Below the pieces are notes generated by a model that was not told the DNA's origin, made no database searches, and was given only the letters and a program-made list of their open reading frames with translations. Below are positions 15,050 to 27,646 of a stretch of 64,000 nucleotides of DNA, in pieces. The stretch comes from Chrysomallon squamiferum (lineage: Eukaryota; Animalia; Mollusca), in assembly GCA_012295275.1 (NCBI GenBank), contig CM022673.1, positions 2,728,001-2,792,000 of the forward strand, given 5' to 3'. How positions within the stretch are numbered: position 1 is the stretch's first letter; each line of letters starts with the position of its first letter. Made by a program: the position numbers and the translations under genes.

Positions 15050-15478
15050 ATGTCATACATGCTACAGCATCTCCACAATGGTTGGCAAGTAGACCAGGCA
15101 ATTCTTTCCGAGGAAGATCGGGTAGTTGTAATACGGTTCGGTCATGATTGGGACCCTTCTTGTATGGTGATGGACGAAACCCTTTACAAATGTGCAGAGA
15201 AAATTAAAAATTTCGCTGTTATTTTTCTGGTGGACATTTCGGAAGTTCCTGACTTTAATAAGATGTATGAATTGTATGACCCTTGCACAATTATGTTCTT
15301 CTATCGAAACAAACACATCATGATAGATTTGGGAACAGGAAACAACAACAAAATCAACTGGTCCATGGAAGATGTGCAGGAGTTTATTGATATTGTTGAG
15401 ACAGTGTACAGAGGTGCCAGGAAAGGCCGTGGTTTGGTGGTGTCACCAAAAGACTATTCAACAAAATACAGATACTAA
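15050..15478 (+). CDS. TXNL4A: Thioredoxin-like protein 4A (Dim1, U5 snRNP 15 kDa), 142 aa, single coding exon
   Basis: MSYMLQHLHNGWQVDQAILSEEDRVVVIRFGHDWDP...NKHIMIDLGTGNNNKINW...ETVYRGARKGRGLVVSPKDYSTKYRY is nearly identical to the conserved Dim1 sequence and has the same length. Confidence 0.98.
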   Translation: MSYMLQHLHNGWQVDQAILSEEDRVVVIRFGHDWDPSCMVMDETLYKCAEKIKNFAVIFLVDISEVPDFNKMYELYDPCTIMFFYRNKHIMIDLGTGNNNKINWSMEDVQEFIDIVETVYRGARKGRGLVVSPKDYSTKYRY

Positions 15479-17690
15479 AACTGCAGTATTTAAGTTAACT
15501 CTTAGTCAAGTTATTATTTTAACATCTACAAAACAATATAGTGAACGTGATTGAAAGAAGTATGCATCATAAAGCACTTTCATAAAACATATTCATTATC
15601 ATCTTCAGCAGCTTTTTATAAGATAGGTATGTGAATAGGAGCAAAAGATTTTTTTTGAAAAATATCAGTTTTTGAAAAAGAATTATCTTGTAAAACAGGT
15701 TAATGTCAGAAGAATTTGAGGGTGGGTTGGTGGGTTAAAACAAAATGTCAAACTTTGACCATCAAAGTTACTATCTTAGCCACGTTTATGACTTAAAAAT
15801 GTCAAATGTTGTATGGATATTTATGTCTAAAATTAAGTGTAGATGATATGAAATGCAATAAATCTGCACTGAAATGAAAATGATAATATCCAGTTACATG
15901 TTCTGAATTGGTTACCAACGCAGATACATTTTAAATAAACAAAATTTAAGCTTCTGTAGATATTTGTTAAAGGTGACTTTCAGAATGAGCTTTGATTTTC
16001 TTTAAGTTGTTTGACAAAACAATATCTTGTAAAGTATGAATTTTATCATTTTAAAGTCTGTCCTGTAAAATGTACCTAAATCTGTTAGGTATAAGGTGGG
16101 TTTTTTTTTAAAATTATTGTTGGAAACGAAGGTGGGGATATTGCTCGGTGTAATCCATTAAAACTGGTGCTGTGTGAAAATGTTGATATTTTATCCTGTG
16201 AAATGTGTGCATTATCATGGAAATGTTCTTGAATTGTTTTGGAATTTAATTGGCTTACAGATGTAAGAAATGGAAAAGCATGGAAAAGTGAAAACATTTT
16301 ACTGTAATGACAAATTTGTATATGTCAAATCTCTAGAACTGACTATGAAAGCATTGATTAAAAGAAATAAACTTGTTTTTGTTTTTCCACTTTTATTTAA
16401 TTATTTATTTTTATATTTGGTGCTTTTTTTATAACATAGAAAATTAGTACTTACTTTTTTTTACATGATGAATGTTTATCATACTTTAACACACTGGTTA
16501 CATTGTAATATAAATGATTTTAATTACAAACATGTCTGTTCTGAAATCATAAAAAAAATGAAGAAAAAAACTGCTGCTGTTCCAGGGTTTATTCTTAGTA
16601 GCAAGAAATATTTTACATATAAACCTTAACATGGACAGGAAAGCATTTAAATACAGTTTTATTAATGAATTGTGGGCAACGGTTCTAATGGGAAATAGAG
16701 AAAAATAAGAAATAAGACAAATATTTTCTGATTTGTACATTTAATGTTAACTAGATTCCATGACTTGTTGCAATCCTTGATTAAAAAAAAATTGGGGCAT
16801 TTTTTTTCATCTTCAAAAAATATTATTAAAAAACCAATGTAACAAAAATGTTATCGTTCATTTAAAACAAATTAATATATATACATTTAACACATACGTT
16901 ACTATTTTATTGTTATATTTAGATTATCTATTGCATCATAAACATAATAATGAATGTGCTTTATTTTTCTGCCTGTGTAAAGGAATACTGAAAAGATCTC
17001 TTGCATGTTGTGGTTTAGAAAACCATTGTCTTCTGTATGTGTGCTAAGGAGGTTTGATTGTGTAGGCTGTACTGTTTCATCTTTGATGAATGAGTGAATG
17101 TGTGTTTGATAGTATGTCAACATATTTTTGAATTACTGGTAATAGTTATTTAATATCAAGCATATACAGTGATCAGTGTAAGTAAATAACTGATGTGATT
17201 ACTGTGGATTCTCTTAACCTTGGTTAGGAAAAATACCATTGTCTGGAACAGGCAGTATTATAAAACAGAGCATTAATGAGGAAGTTATGTTAAACTAAGG
17301 AGACACAACTGATTATTTGTTACAGTAAAATCAGTTTGATTTAGAATGGGAAATCCATGTGACATTACAGCTGTAATAATCTCTGTTTCTTGAGCCTTCT
17401 GTCTGAACCTTGACCAAACTATAAAAACGTGTGAGAAGCTAACAATATGGTCAGCCTTGAATTTCACTCTCTTTTTTTTCTGTTTTATTATTTTTACTGT
17501 AGAAAGTTTGTACTAAATCAGATAAGCCTACATATCCAACAAAAAAAAAAAATTAACCAGGCCATTTTATCATATCAGTCCATAAACTGGCAGGTGGCAC
17601 AAAAAAAAACAAAAAAAAAACAATAACTTCATGGAATATAAAATATACATTTAAAAGTGAATCCTCAGACACTCAGCTGGTTTAAAGTTG

Positions 17691-18736
17691 ATGATGCTGT
17701 GCAAGGTGGTGTTGATAGTTTTCCTGTCTTCTGTTAGTTGTCAGGAGATTGTGAAAAATCATGACATGGAGAGCCTGGATCACTGGGTCTGCTGGGGTTT
17801 GCAGTGTCATTTGACAAACATTCACCACAGTGGATCTCATGCTATACAGACTTCTGGAAGGTTTGTATAGTTAATTTAATATACATGATACACACAGATA
17901 TATCAATATTCTTATTATCACATACTTAGATACACTCACATATATATATAACAATATAAACGTGTGTGTGTATGTGTTGCAATATTTATACACGGTGGCA
18001 AGCTAAAAACTGACCTAAAATACAGCTTTTTTTAATTGGACATTTACTTACTTAAACAAATTACTTGCTATTCACATATATGCACATTGTTCAAAGTTTC
18101 TTCGTTAATGTTTAACTGCCAGTTTAGATGTAAAAGACGATTTTGAAAAGCGTTTTTATTTTAAAACTATTAATGCATGAATCTACTATCTTGCAATCTA
18201 AGAGTTGAGAAATAAAACAGTTATTATCTTTATAAATTTAAAAATGTATTTTAGGATTCCATTATAAAATAGAAAAGATAACAGATTATTATCTTAAGTT
18301 ATCAGCTTTATCCAGTGAAGGCTAGAATGCAGAATGGAGTGATCCTCTATCTTAAGACAGCAATCAGAAACTCACTGTATACCTACATACACTTATACAG
18401 TTATACATTGGTATATACATACATATATATAAATATAAATATGTTCATACATATACATGTGCTAATACTCACAAACACATTCACGCATACTTGCATCTTC
18501 CGATACATATATACAGGTGCGCATACAAACGTTTGCGTATTTAAATCAGATTATAAGAAAATAGCAACACGGACAATATTTTTCTTTGATACGGATATCA
18601 AAAGCCTAGGACAAATAACCTCAAATCTAAAAATGCCCAGGTAGTCAAAGCCCCACAGTGAAAAAAAACAAAAAAAAACAAGATAAAACAAAAGTCCCCA
18701 AAGATAAAAAAATAAACGTAGTTCAAACGCTCTCCA

Positions 18737-18779
<43 letters not shown>

Positions 18780-19285
18780 ATTAGAAGAAGAAGAAAATTC
18801 TGTCAGTTTTATAGTTTGACACCTAATTATCAAAATTAAAGATCATGTAATATAACTGACTAACATTAAAAGTAATCTGCTTAATTAGCATACGAGTGAC
18901 ACAGCAGCATACGTTAGAAAACATGGAATAATTTTGTCATGAAGCCACATGTCCAGTGACGCCTCGAGTCTTCGTAAGATTTTGGTTATTATTACCGGAA
19001 ATTATATTCATTTCCAAAAATATACTAAGATAATGTTATCTAGGTACATCATAAATTTAACATAAATTCTCTGTTCATATTGTAACCTTCATCTTAATTG
19101 TAATTATTATCAGTTATTTCGTAGTAATTAATTACGCTGATTTTGATCAAGATAATTATGTGGTATGTAGCCTATGCTTTAATGAAGTGATTGTTTGCTA
19201 AGTTGGTTTTTATCTAAGGAGGGGACTTTTGTCCTACTGTAAATTTCATTTTTTTTTTTTTTTTTTTTTTTTTATAACCATTCCT

Positions 19286-19325
<40 letters not shown>

Positions 19326-22300
19326 AGAAGAAAAGAAAGAAAGAAAGAAAAAAAGGATGTTGTAATTAATGTAATAATTATTTTCGCTTATTTTTATAAC
19401 ATACAGAGTAACTCAAATCGTAACTGTTAAAATATTTTCGTTGCTTTCAATTTCTATTTTCTCACAATAGAACTCAGTACTACCAAGGTCCACGTCAGGA
19501 TGTTACACTTGAACCAAGGAAGAAGTTACAATGTGTCTGCTTATGCCCGGTTAGTGAATGATAAACCAGGAGAAATTAGACAGAACCTGCAAGTAGAACT
19601 TTCTCTGAAATACACTGGTTAGTACCTAATACAGTCATGGGCAAACCGAAGGAAAATAATATTTATTAAATTATTATATATTTTTTTTCCTTCTTTCTCA
19701 CTTGTTCATTCTCTCTCTCACATTTATGGTCCTCTCTTATGGTACCTCCAATGAAATAACTTAGCCCATACCTCGTCTAACATATTATGGATCTGTCCTG
19801 TTTTAAAACTGTTTTTCCATTTATTTATTTATTTATTAATTAGTAGTAGTAGATATTTCTGTACAAAACAAAAATATTAAGAACAAAATAAAGAACAAAA
19901 AATGTAGAAAAATATAATGTTTATATATTGCAGACGATTCTGTTGAGTACTTTAACCTTGCAAATGAACCATTGGCGCGAAGATCAAATGGATGGATCCA
20001 TCTCCAAGGCGATTTCCATATTCCAGACAGACGTAAACATTAATTCAGTTTTATTTATTTATTTATTTATTTTATTAAAATTTATTATATTTATTTATTT
20101 ATTTAAAAAAAAACTGAAAGTGTCTTACGTTTAGAAGTAAATATGTTTTATAATGATTATCACTTTTAAACTGTACCTTTAATGATATGAAGAAATAAAC
20201 AATTAATAACAAAGTATAACTGTTGCTGAAAGTACATGTGTTGTTCTTAGTACAAATATGAAATATAAGGACTGTTTAGTTTTAACTGTTTTATTTCAGA
20301 AATAAAGACAGCGTACATCTACTTTCAAGGCCCACAAGCCGGTGTTGATTTTATCGTTGATGACGTGTCAGTTCATCCTGTACAAAAAGACTTGAACTGG
20401 CGTAATGAGTCACAAGCCAATATTAATAAGTTCAGAAAAAGTGATATTATTATTAAGTAAGTACAGTTTTTTATATTTTAGTGATATCTTATAATTATTA
20501 CCATTTAGTTTTAAATTTTATTATTATTATTATTATTATTCTCTTTTTCATGATTATCATCATCATTTTTTAATTATTGTTATTGTTATTATTTCTACTA
20601 CTCCTTCTATTTTTATTATTGTTGTTATTATTATTTCCATTTATTTTTTATGTTCATATTATTTCTGTTATAACAACAACAACAACTAATTTATGTTTCA
20701 GTGTTCACACACATGGATCTGTGGATTTAAGTCAGGTGCAAGTTGAGGTTTGTTTCAAATGAACCCATATGCAAAAACAGAGTAAACCTACATTTTTTAT
20801 TTTTCTTCATAAAGTATAAAAAAAAAAAAAAAAAAAATAAAAAAAAAAAAATAATAAATAAAAATAAATAAAAATTAATTTTTTTTTTTTTTTTTTTAAG
20901 AAATTAAAATTAAAATAAAAATCTTTTTATCTTTTTTTATATCCATCAAAATGATGATATCCCCTTAATGGAAAATCAGCCTCAAAAATTCATCTGGAAA
21001 CAGCATTGAGGTTAATTGGATAAAATCTTAGAACAGGCTTTTACCACACCAGACTGATAAGGTCTAACACTAATGTTATGTTACCAAATCCTATATAAGT
21101 TATTCTCAGGATAGTGAAATTTTTAAAAAAAAAAAAAAAAAAAAAAAATTGAAGAATGAAAGACAAGATGACAGTACATTTCAAATATTGCTTTAAAATT
21201 ATTGTTATTTTATTTCAGATAAAACAGGATAAAAAATCTTTCCCCTTTGGAACAGCTATTGCCTGCAAAGAATACTATAATGGTGACACGAGATATCAAA
21301 ATTTCATACATCAGCATTTCAACTGGGCTGTCACAGAAAATTGTCTCAAATGGAAGCCAATGGAGAGAATAAGAGTAAGATGAAACACCAGTTTGATTTT
21401 AAAACTGATAGCTAGTGGGTTCAAATCTTGTCAGATTTAATTAGGTGGGTTGATAACAAATATAATTTTTTTTTTTAATTCTCTGTTTCTTATTACTAAT
21501 TGTGGCTGTAAACTACATTGAGGCAAATGTCTCATTCCAAAACTGACCATTTTCTTCTCATTTTTTTACATAAGATATAAATCTCTATTCCAATACCCAC
21601 TGAATGAATTGATAGCTAGCTGGTTCAAATCCTGTCAGATACTTTTTTTTTAAACAAATTTAATTAGTGAGGTGTAGGACAAATATTTGTTGTTGTTTTA
21701 ATACTTAACATTGTTGCGTGGAAAATAAAACTTTTTAAATGATCTGTTGAATCTTTTCTAACCTAAATAAGAATCTTGTATTCTGATAAAATCATTAAGA
21801 AGCAAAATGTAAAGATGGAAACAACTGTTAAACATTAAGATTACAAATAAATGAGAGAAAGAAAAAGACAGAAAGAAAGAAAGAAAAACAAAGAAAAAAG
21901 AGATAGAAAAAAGTCATCCCATTATTTTTCTAATTAAAATAATCCACTAAACATTTTTTTATTATTGTTTTTCTCAGGGACATATTGACTATGATACACC
22001 ACTGCATGCACTTCGAAAACTTCGACAAAATGGGTAAAAAAGCTCTGTGATTTACAAGTTTGTTATTAGTTTTGTTTCCTTGTTTGATGATCTGAGTAAT
22101 CTTTGCTGTCATCATTCATTTATCTCAAACAATCTGTTTAAGATAAAAATAATAAAATAACAGAGCACATATGTGAATCACAACAGTGTTAATTTGTTCC
22201 TTATTTAAAATTTCAACCAGCTTCCCAGCCTATGAGATGGTGTATGCAAAAAATCCTCTTGCAGCTAAAGAACAATAATGCCTTTGGTGGGGGGGGTCCC

Positions 22301-23097
22301 TAAGTTTTCTCATACATCTGTTATCATGTACAAAAAAATAATATCTGATGCCATTAATAATAAAATACATTGATATCTGCTCAAATAAATGTTTGTTCTT
22401 TATTCACAGAATCAAAATAAGGGCTCACAATATTCTTTGGCCAGGTGAACGCTTTATGCAGCCATGGGTAAAAGATTTGTCTGGAGATGAGTTAAGAAAA
22501 GCAGTTCATGACAGAATTGTAGGTGTGGTTTCCAAAACCAAAGATCTGTAAGTTCATTTAATTTGTAATGTATAAAATGCTTCATATTTTTCAGTAACTT
22601 CTGAATCATATTTTCTTCAACTTATATTGTTTAGTTAATAAAAAAAAAAAAAAAAAAAAAAATTAATATAAATATTGACATATATTTTACTATTATATTG
22701 ACTTATATTTTAGTGCAATATTTTATTTTGTTGTTTTAGTGTCGAACACTGGGATGTAAACAATGAAAATCTTCACAATTTTTATTACCAAACCAAACTT
22801 CAAGACTTAAACTACAACCTCGACAATTTCTTGCTAGCCCATCAAACAGCCCCAAATGTGAAGATGTTCTTAAACGAATACAACGTTGTTGCTGGTGGTG
22901 GCACTACTGGGGTAGGTAAAATATGCTTCTTGGCATCATAAAAGTTGCATACTTAGAGGTAACAATAAACAATAATATGATCATCAATTGACCTGTAATT
23001 TAAAACAAATAATGTAGGAATTGAAATAGTAAGGACATTGATAATAAAAACAACATATTCTACTGCTGCTTTCATTACTATTACTGCAAGTATAAAC

Positions 23098-23137
<40 letters not shown>

Positions 23138-24693
23138 GCATTAACAACATTAATAAAAAAAAACAACAACAACTAAAGCAACAGAAACAACAACAATAAT
23201 AAAAATGACATCATAAAATATATTGTCTTAAATACATATTTTTCCTTTCTGTGAGAATTAATTTTAATAACAAACATTTTAAACATCATTTTTGAAAATA
23301 TTTGAAGATGCTAGTAAAAGTTTCATTTCTATTATTTTCAGGCCTATTTGAAACAAGCCTTGAAATTCAAGCATGCTAATGTTGGACTTGGTGGTATTGG
23401 AGTGCAGTGCCATTTTAAACACCACACGCCAGACCCAACACTTATTAAGGTCAATATTTATTTTATTTATTTATTTAGATAATATAATTTTATTAATTTT
23501 AAATATTATATAGGAAGGCTGTATCAGGTTATGATATATCTTAACAAAAAAACCCACAAAAAAAACCCCCAAACATCATCTCATTATATTATAAACCTAC
23601 ATTTAATCATAAAAGTAAAATATAACAGTTATATGTTTTCATCTTGACAGAAACGTCTTGATCTGTTAGCCAAGGCTGGGGTTCCTGTCTGGGTTACAGA
23701 ACTGACTGTCTCTTTCAGCGATGTGAACAAACGTGCAGATGCTTATGAAACTGCTCTAAGAGTGCTCTACAGTCACCCGGCTGTTGAAGGTCTTCTGTTC
23801 TGGGGATTCTGGAGTCTGCACCACTCATCTGGAGAACCTGGAGCTTTAGTCAGTGGGCACGAGTTTAGAGTAAGAAGTTTATTACAAATAATACAACTTT
23901 TCACACAAATGTATATATATATATATATATGTATGTGTGAATGTTGTATTTTTATGTCAGTGTGCATGTTATTATTGTTACGTTTTGTAAAAATATTTAG
24001 TTACTTTATTTCTGGATTTATTCACTTGAAATGTCACATGAAAGTATTCTGAATGAAAATATGTTGAATGTTACATTTTATCATAAACAGTTACTGTGGT
24101 TTTTATCAGACACCAAGATGTTAAACTGTAGATCAATGCAGATCTCTTAAATCAATTGGGAATCATTGCAAATATTTCAAATCAATTGTAGATAAATGTA
24201 GATGTCTTAAATCAATACAAAATCATTGAAGATGTTTTATATTAACTGTAGATCAATGTAGATGTTTTAAATGAATTGTAGAACATGACAGATGTTTTAA
24301 ATCAACTGTTGATCAATACAGATGTTTTAAATAAACTTTTAGATCAATCATGTTTTAAACTGTAGATCAATGTAGATGTTTTAAAAATGAATTGTACAGA
24401 TGTTTTAAACATGGCAGATGCAGATTTTAAATCAACTGTAGATCAATACAGATGTTTTAAATCAACTGTAGATCAATGCAGCTGGACACAGAGTTTTGCA
24501 TCTGCTGGAGAAAGAATGGATGACTCATGAGACTCACACTTTATCACAATCAGGCAAACATTTCACAGTCCGTGGTTTCCATGGAGACTATATGGTACAT
24601 GTCAGGTACAAAGGTCGTGAGGTCATGGATCAGAGACACAGGTTCACGCTTGGAAAATCTTCACACACAATCAATTTGCATGTGTCAAATTAA
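17691..24693 (+). CDS. Secreted endo-1,4-beta-xylanase (signal peptide + CBM4_9/CBM22-like module + GH10), copy 1; +1 frameshift in exon 2 (pseudogene or assembly error)
   Basis: 12 exons: 17691-17860, 19471-19617, 19934-20032, 20300-20456, 20702-20747, 21219-21374, 21978-22033, 22410-22547, 22740-22911, 23342-23449, 23651-23869, 24472-24693. Signal peptide MLCKVVLIVFLSSVSC. GH10 motifs: FPFGTA, FNWAVTENCLKW, IRAHNILW, HWDVNNE (acid/base Glu), MFLNEYNV, GIGVQCHF, VPVWVTEL (nucleophile Glu), HPAVEGLLFWGFW. An extra A at about 19516 leads to TGA at 19559-19561. Confidence 0.88.
24117..24471 (+). repeat. ~30-bp minisatellite (consensus ATCAATACAGATGTTTTAAATCAACTGTAG) abutting the last exon of xylanase copy 1
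   Basis: About 11-12 degenerate units. The final unit supplies the real acceptor CTGTAG|ATCAATGCAGCT. Confidence 0.9.
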
Positions 24694-24805
24694 TGAATTT
24701 GAAAATATGAAAAAACTATTTTATTTTTTTTTTTTTAATCAGAATAAAATGAAATAAATATTTTATACTAAATGTGTTCTTGAATATGATTTTGTTATAG
24801 GATAA

Positions 24806-24807
<2 letters not shown>

Positions 24808-24856
<49 letters not shown>
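24808..24856. repeat. (AT)n microsatellite
   Basis: Perfect AT run just past the 3' UTR of xylanase copy 1. Confidence 0.9.
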
Positions 24857-24857
<1 letters not shown>

Positions 24858-25089
24858 CAGTAGTTTGGTACATTAGTGCAATATGTAAATGTAAAATGTC
24901 ATTTTAAATTTTATTTTCTGTATTCTCTCAGTCTCTGGTCTTTTTTTTTTTTTTTTTTTTTTGATTTTCTGCACTCCTTGAGTCTTTACAAAAAACAAAA
25001 AAAAAATAAATAAATAAATAAAATAATAATAATAATAATAATAATATATGGACAATTTTAATAAAGTAAATTGTTTTAAATAAATAAAT

Positions 25090-25800
25090 ATAAAATGTTA
25101 AATAAGCGGACCTGTTCTTGCCACTTACAATATATGGACATTTTTCCCAAATCCAGATTGTTTTTCAGTGGATATGTCCTTTAGATAAGCGGACACCTAC
25201 TGAACACGAACGCGGACAGCATTTTTTTTTATTATTATTATTATTCCACTGCTAAAGCGTACAGTTATGTCGATCGATTTTTTTTTTTTTTTTTTTCAAA
25301 AATAACTAATTTTATTGTACGGTATTTTTAAAGATGGCCTCACCCAATTCCTGCAGTGCACAATGCGTGTTGTTTTCTCCAATCAAAACAGTCCGCAGCT
25401 GCAGTCACCAAACGTCTGCCGGTCAAACCGCGCGAGTTCATCCCATTCGAAACGTAATTCTGTTAATTCAGATAATCATCATCATCATTCCGTGCATAGT
25501 TTTTTTATAAACACCGCGTCTTAGCACAAATCTGAGCTCTGTTTGAGTTTCAGACGCAATATTTTGTAAAACTTAAATATGTCTTCTTCACATTATGTGT
25601 TTTATAACGTGCAAAATATGTTTTATTTACATCCATCAGTGAACTCGATATGTTTGCATGATGCTTGCTGTGGCATTAAATGCTCGTTGGTGCATTGGAA
25701 TAAAGACTAAATAGGTTAAAAATTGTTTGTAATTTTTGTCACTCTGGTGAAGGGGAACCTGCGATGTAGGGACACTGTTGCTTGGGACACTGTTGATCAT
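25090..25800. mobile_element. Probable non-autonomous DNA transposon/MITE remnant between the two xylanase copies
   Basis: CpG-richer block with internal subrepeats (ATAAGCGGAC at ~25102 and ~25185, GCGGACAGC ~25212, GGGACACTGTTG twice at ~25769-25796). It has no counterpart upstream of copy 1. No clear TIR or TSD identified. Confidence 0.35.
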
Positions 25801-26024
25801 GTACCCTATCATGTCTGTTCTTTAATAAATGAATGAATGTGTGTGATAATCGTATCTCCACATATTTAAGAATTATTGATAATGGTTAATTAATATCAAG
25901 AAAGTACAGTGTGGAGAGAGAGAGAGAGAGAGCTAAGTTCATAGAGCATAACTAGCAAAGAATATTTTGAGTCCACCTCCCCATAGGTCGGAAAACATGC
26001 CACTGTCTTCCTGGAACAGGAAGT

Positions 26025-26166
26025 ATCACAAAATAGAATATTAATGAGGAGGTTATGTTTATCACAAAGTAGAATATTAATGAGGAGGTTATGTTTATCA
26101 CAAAATAGAGTATTAATGAGGAGAATTTGTTTATCACAAAATAGAATATTAATGAGGAAGTTATGT
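26025..26166. repeat. 36-bp tandem repeat x4 (ATCACAAAATAGAATATTAATGAGGAGGTTATGTTT) upstream of xylanase copy 2
   Basis: Four units read directly. The homologous position upstream of copy 1 (~17258-17290) has a single unit. Confidence 0.88.
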
Positions 26167-26604
26167 GAAACTAATAAGACACAACTGATTTGTTACAGTA
26201 AAATGAGTTTTCCTGGGAAATGAATGCATGTGACAGTTCAACTATTTTAAACACCGTTTTGCAAATATTTCTTCATTCTCCTGTCTGGACCTTGACCAAA
26301 CTACAGAAATCTGTGAGAAGGTTGCAATATGGTCAGCCTTGAATTTCATTTTTTTTTTTTTTTTTCCTCTTTTATAGAAGTAAGTTTGATACAAATCAGA
26401 TAACCTACATATCTGAGAGAGAAAAAAAAAAAAAAAAAAAATTAACCAGGCCATTTTATCACATAAGTCCATAAACTAGCAGATGGCATAAAAAAAAAAA
26501 ATAAATAAAAAAAAATAATAATAATAATAAAAAAAAAGAAAGAAGAAACTTCAGGGAACATAATATATTCATTTATTAGTGAATCCTCAGCTGGTTTAAA
26601 GTTG

Positions 26605-27592
26605 ATGATGCTGTGCAAGGTGGTGTTGATAGTTTTCCTGTCTTCTGTTAGTTGTCAGGAGATTGTGAAAAATCATGACATGGAGAGCCTGGATCACTGG
26701 GTCTGCTGGGGTTTGCAGTGTCATTTGACAAACATTCACCACAGTGGATCTCATGCAATACAGACTTCTGGAAGGTTTGTATAGTTAATATACACATCTG
26801 TGTATTAATAATCTTACAAACATACATTCTTGGATATACACAAATACATACACATGTATAGCCAATCATTGTGCGTAGTGGAAAAATAAAATGACAAGAT
26901 ACTTTTTTATATTTTCAGAAACTACCCAAAAATATAGCTTTTTGGGATGAAATTATATTTGTGCCCTCAGAATTCTGGACAAGCTTTTTGCAGTAATCTT
27001 TGTACTGTTGGCCATCTGTAACGATTTCAATGCAGTGAAGCACGTTCACTCAAAATCCACTACAGACAAGGGTATTGGTGGAAATGGCTAACCTTGTCGG
27101 ATTGCCAGATTTATTAAAATACATTTTAAAACAAATACCACCAATATGCATAGAACTGTAGTAATTGTTAATGATATATTTATAGTGAAGATACGGCAAA
27201 CATGGCGCCCAACGTTTAACAAAAATCTAGAATGTGTTAACTTTTTCTTAAAAGGGGAAAGCTATAGTATAATAGACTGCAGAGGATAGGTTATAAACAT
27301 ACATGTAATAGAATCATGATAGTCTGGATGCAATGCTTAACCGTGACAGAAAAAAAAAACAAATGATGATGACTTCTTTGAAGATCTGTTATAGTTTTTT
27401 CTTCAGTGCAATGCGTTGATGCCTGGAGCCAGATCTTTTGACCAATGGGAATTGGTCTTTAGCAAATACTGATGAAGTTGAATGTAGAAAAATGTGGTCT
27501 CACTCACCTGGGACCGAATTAATAAGAAATTTACTGGAGAAAATATTTGTTGTTTTTGTGAGACTTTTATTTTTATTCAACAAATTACTGTT

Positions 27593-27646
<54 letters not shown>

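Noticed and set aside
18737-19320. Poly(A) and poly(T) tracts as a foldback element or retrocopy tail
   Set aside because: Long homopolymers are common throughout this window, and I found no TSD or associated coding remnant.
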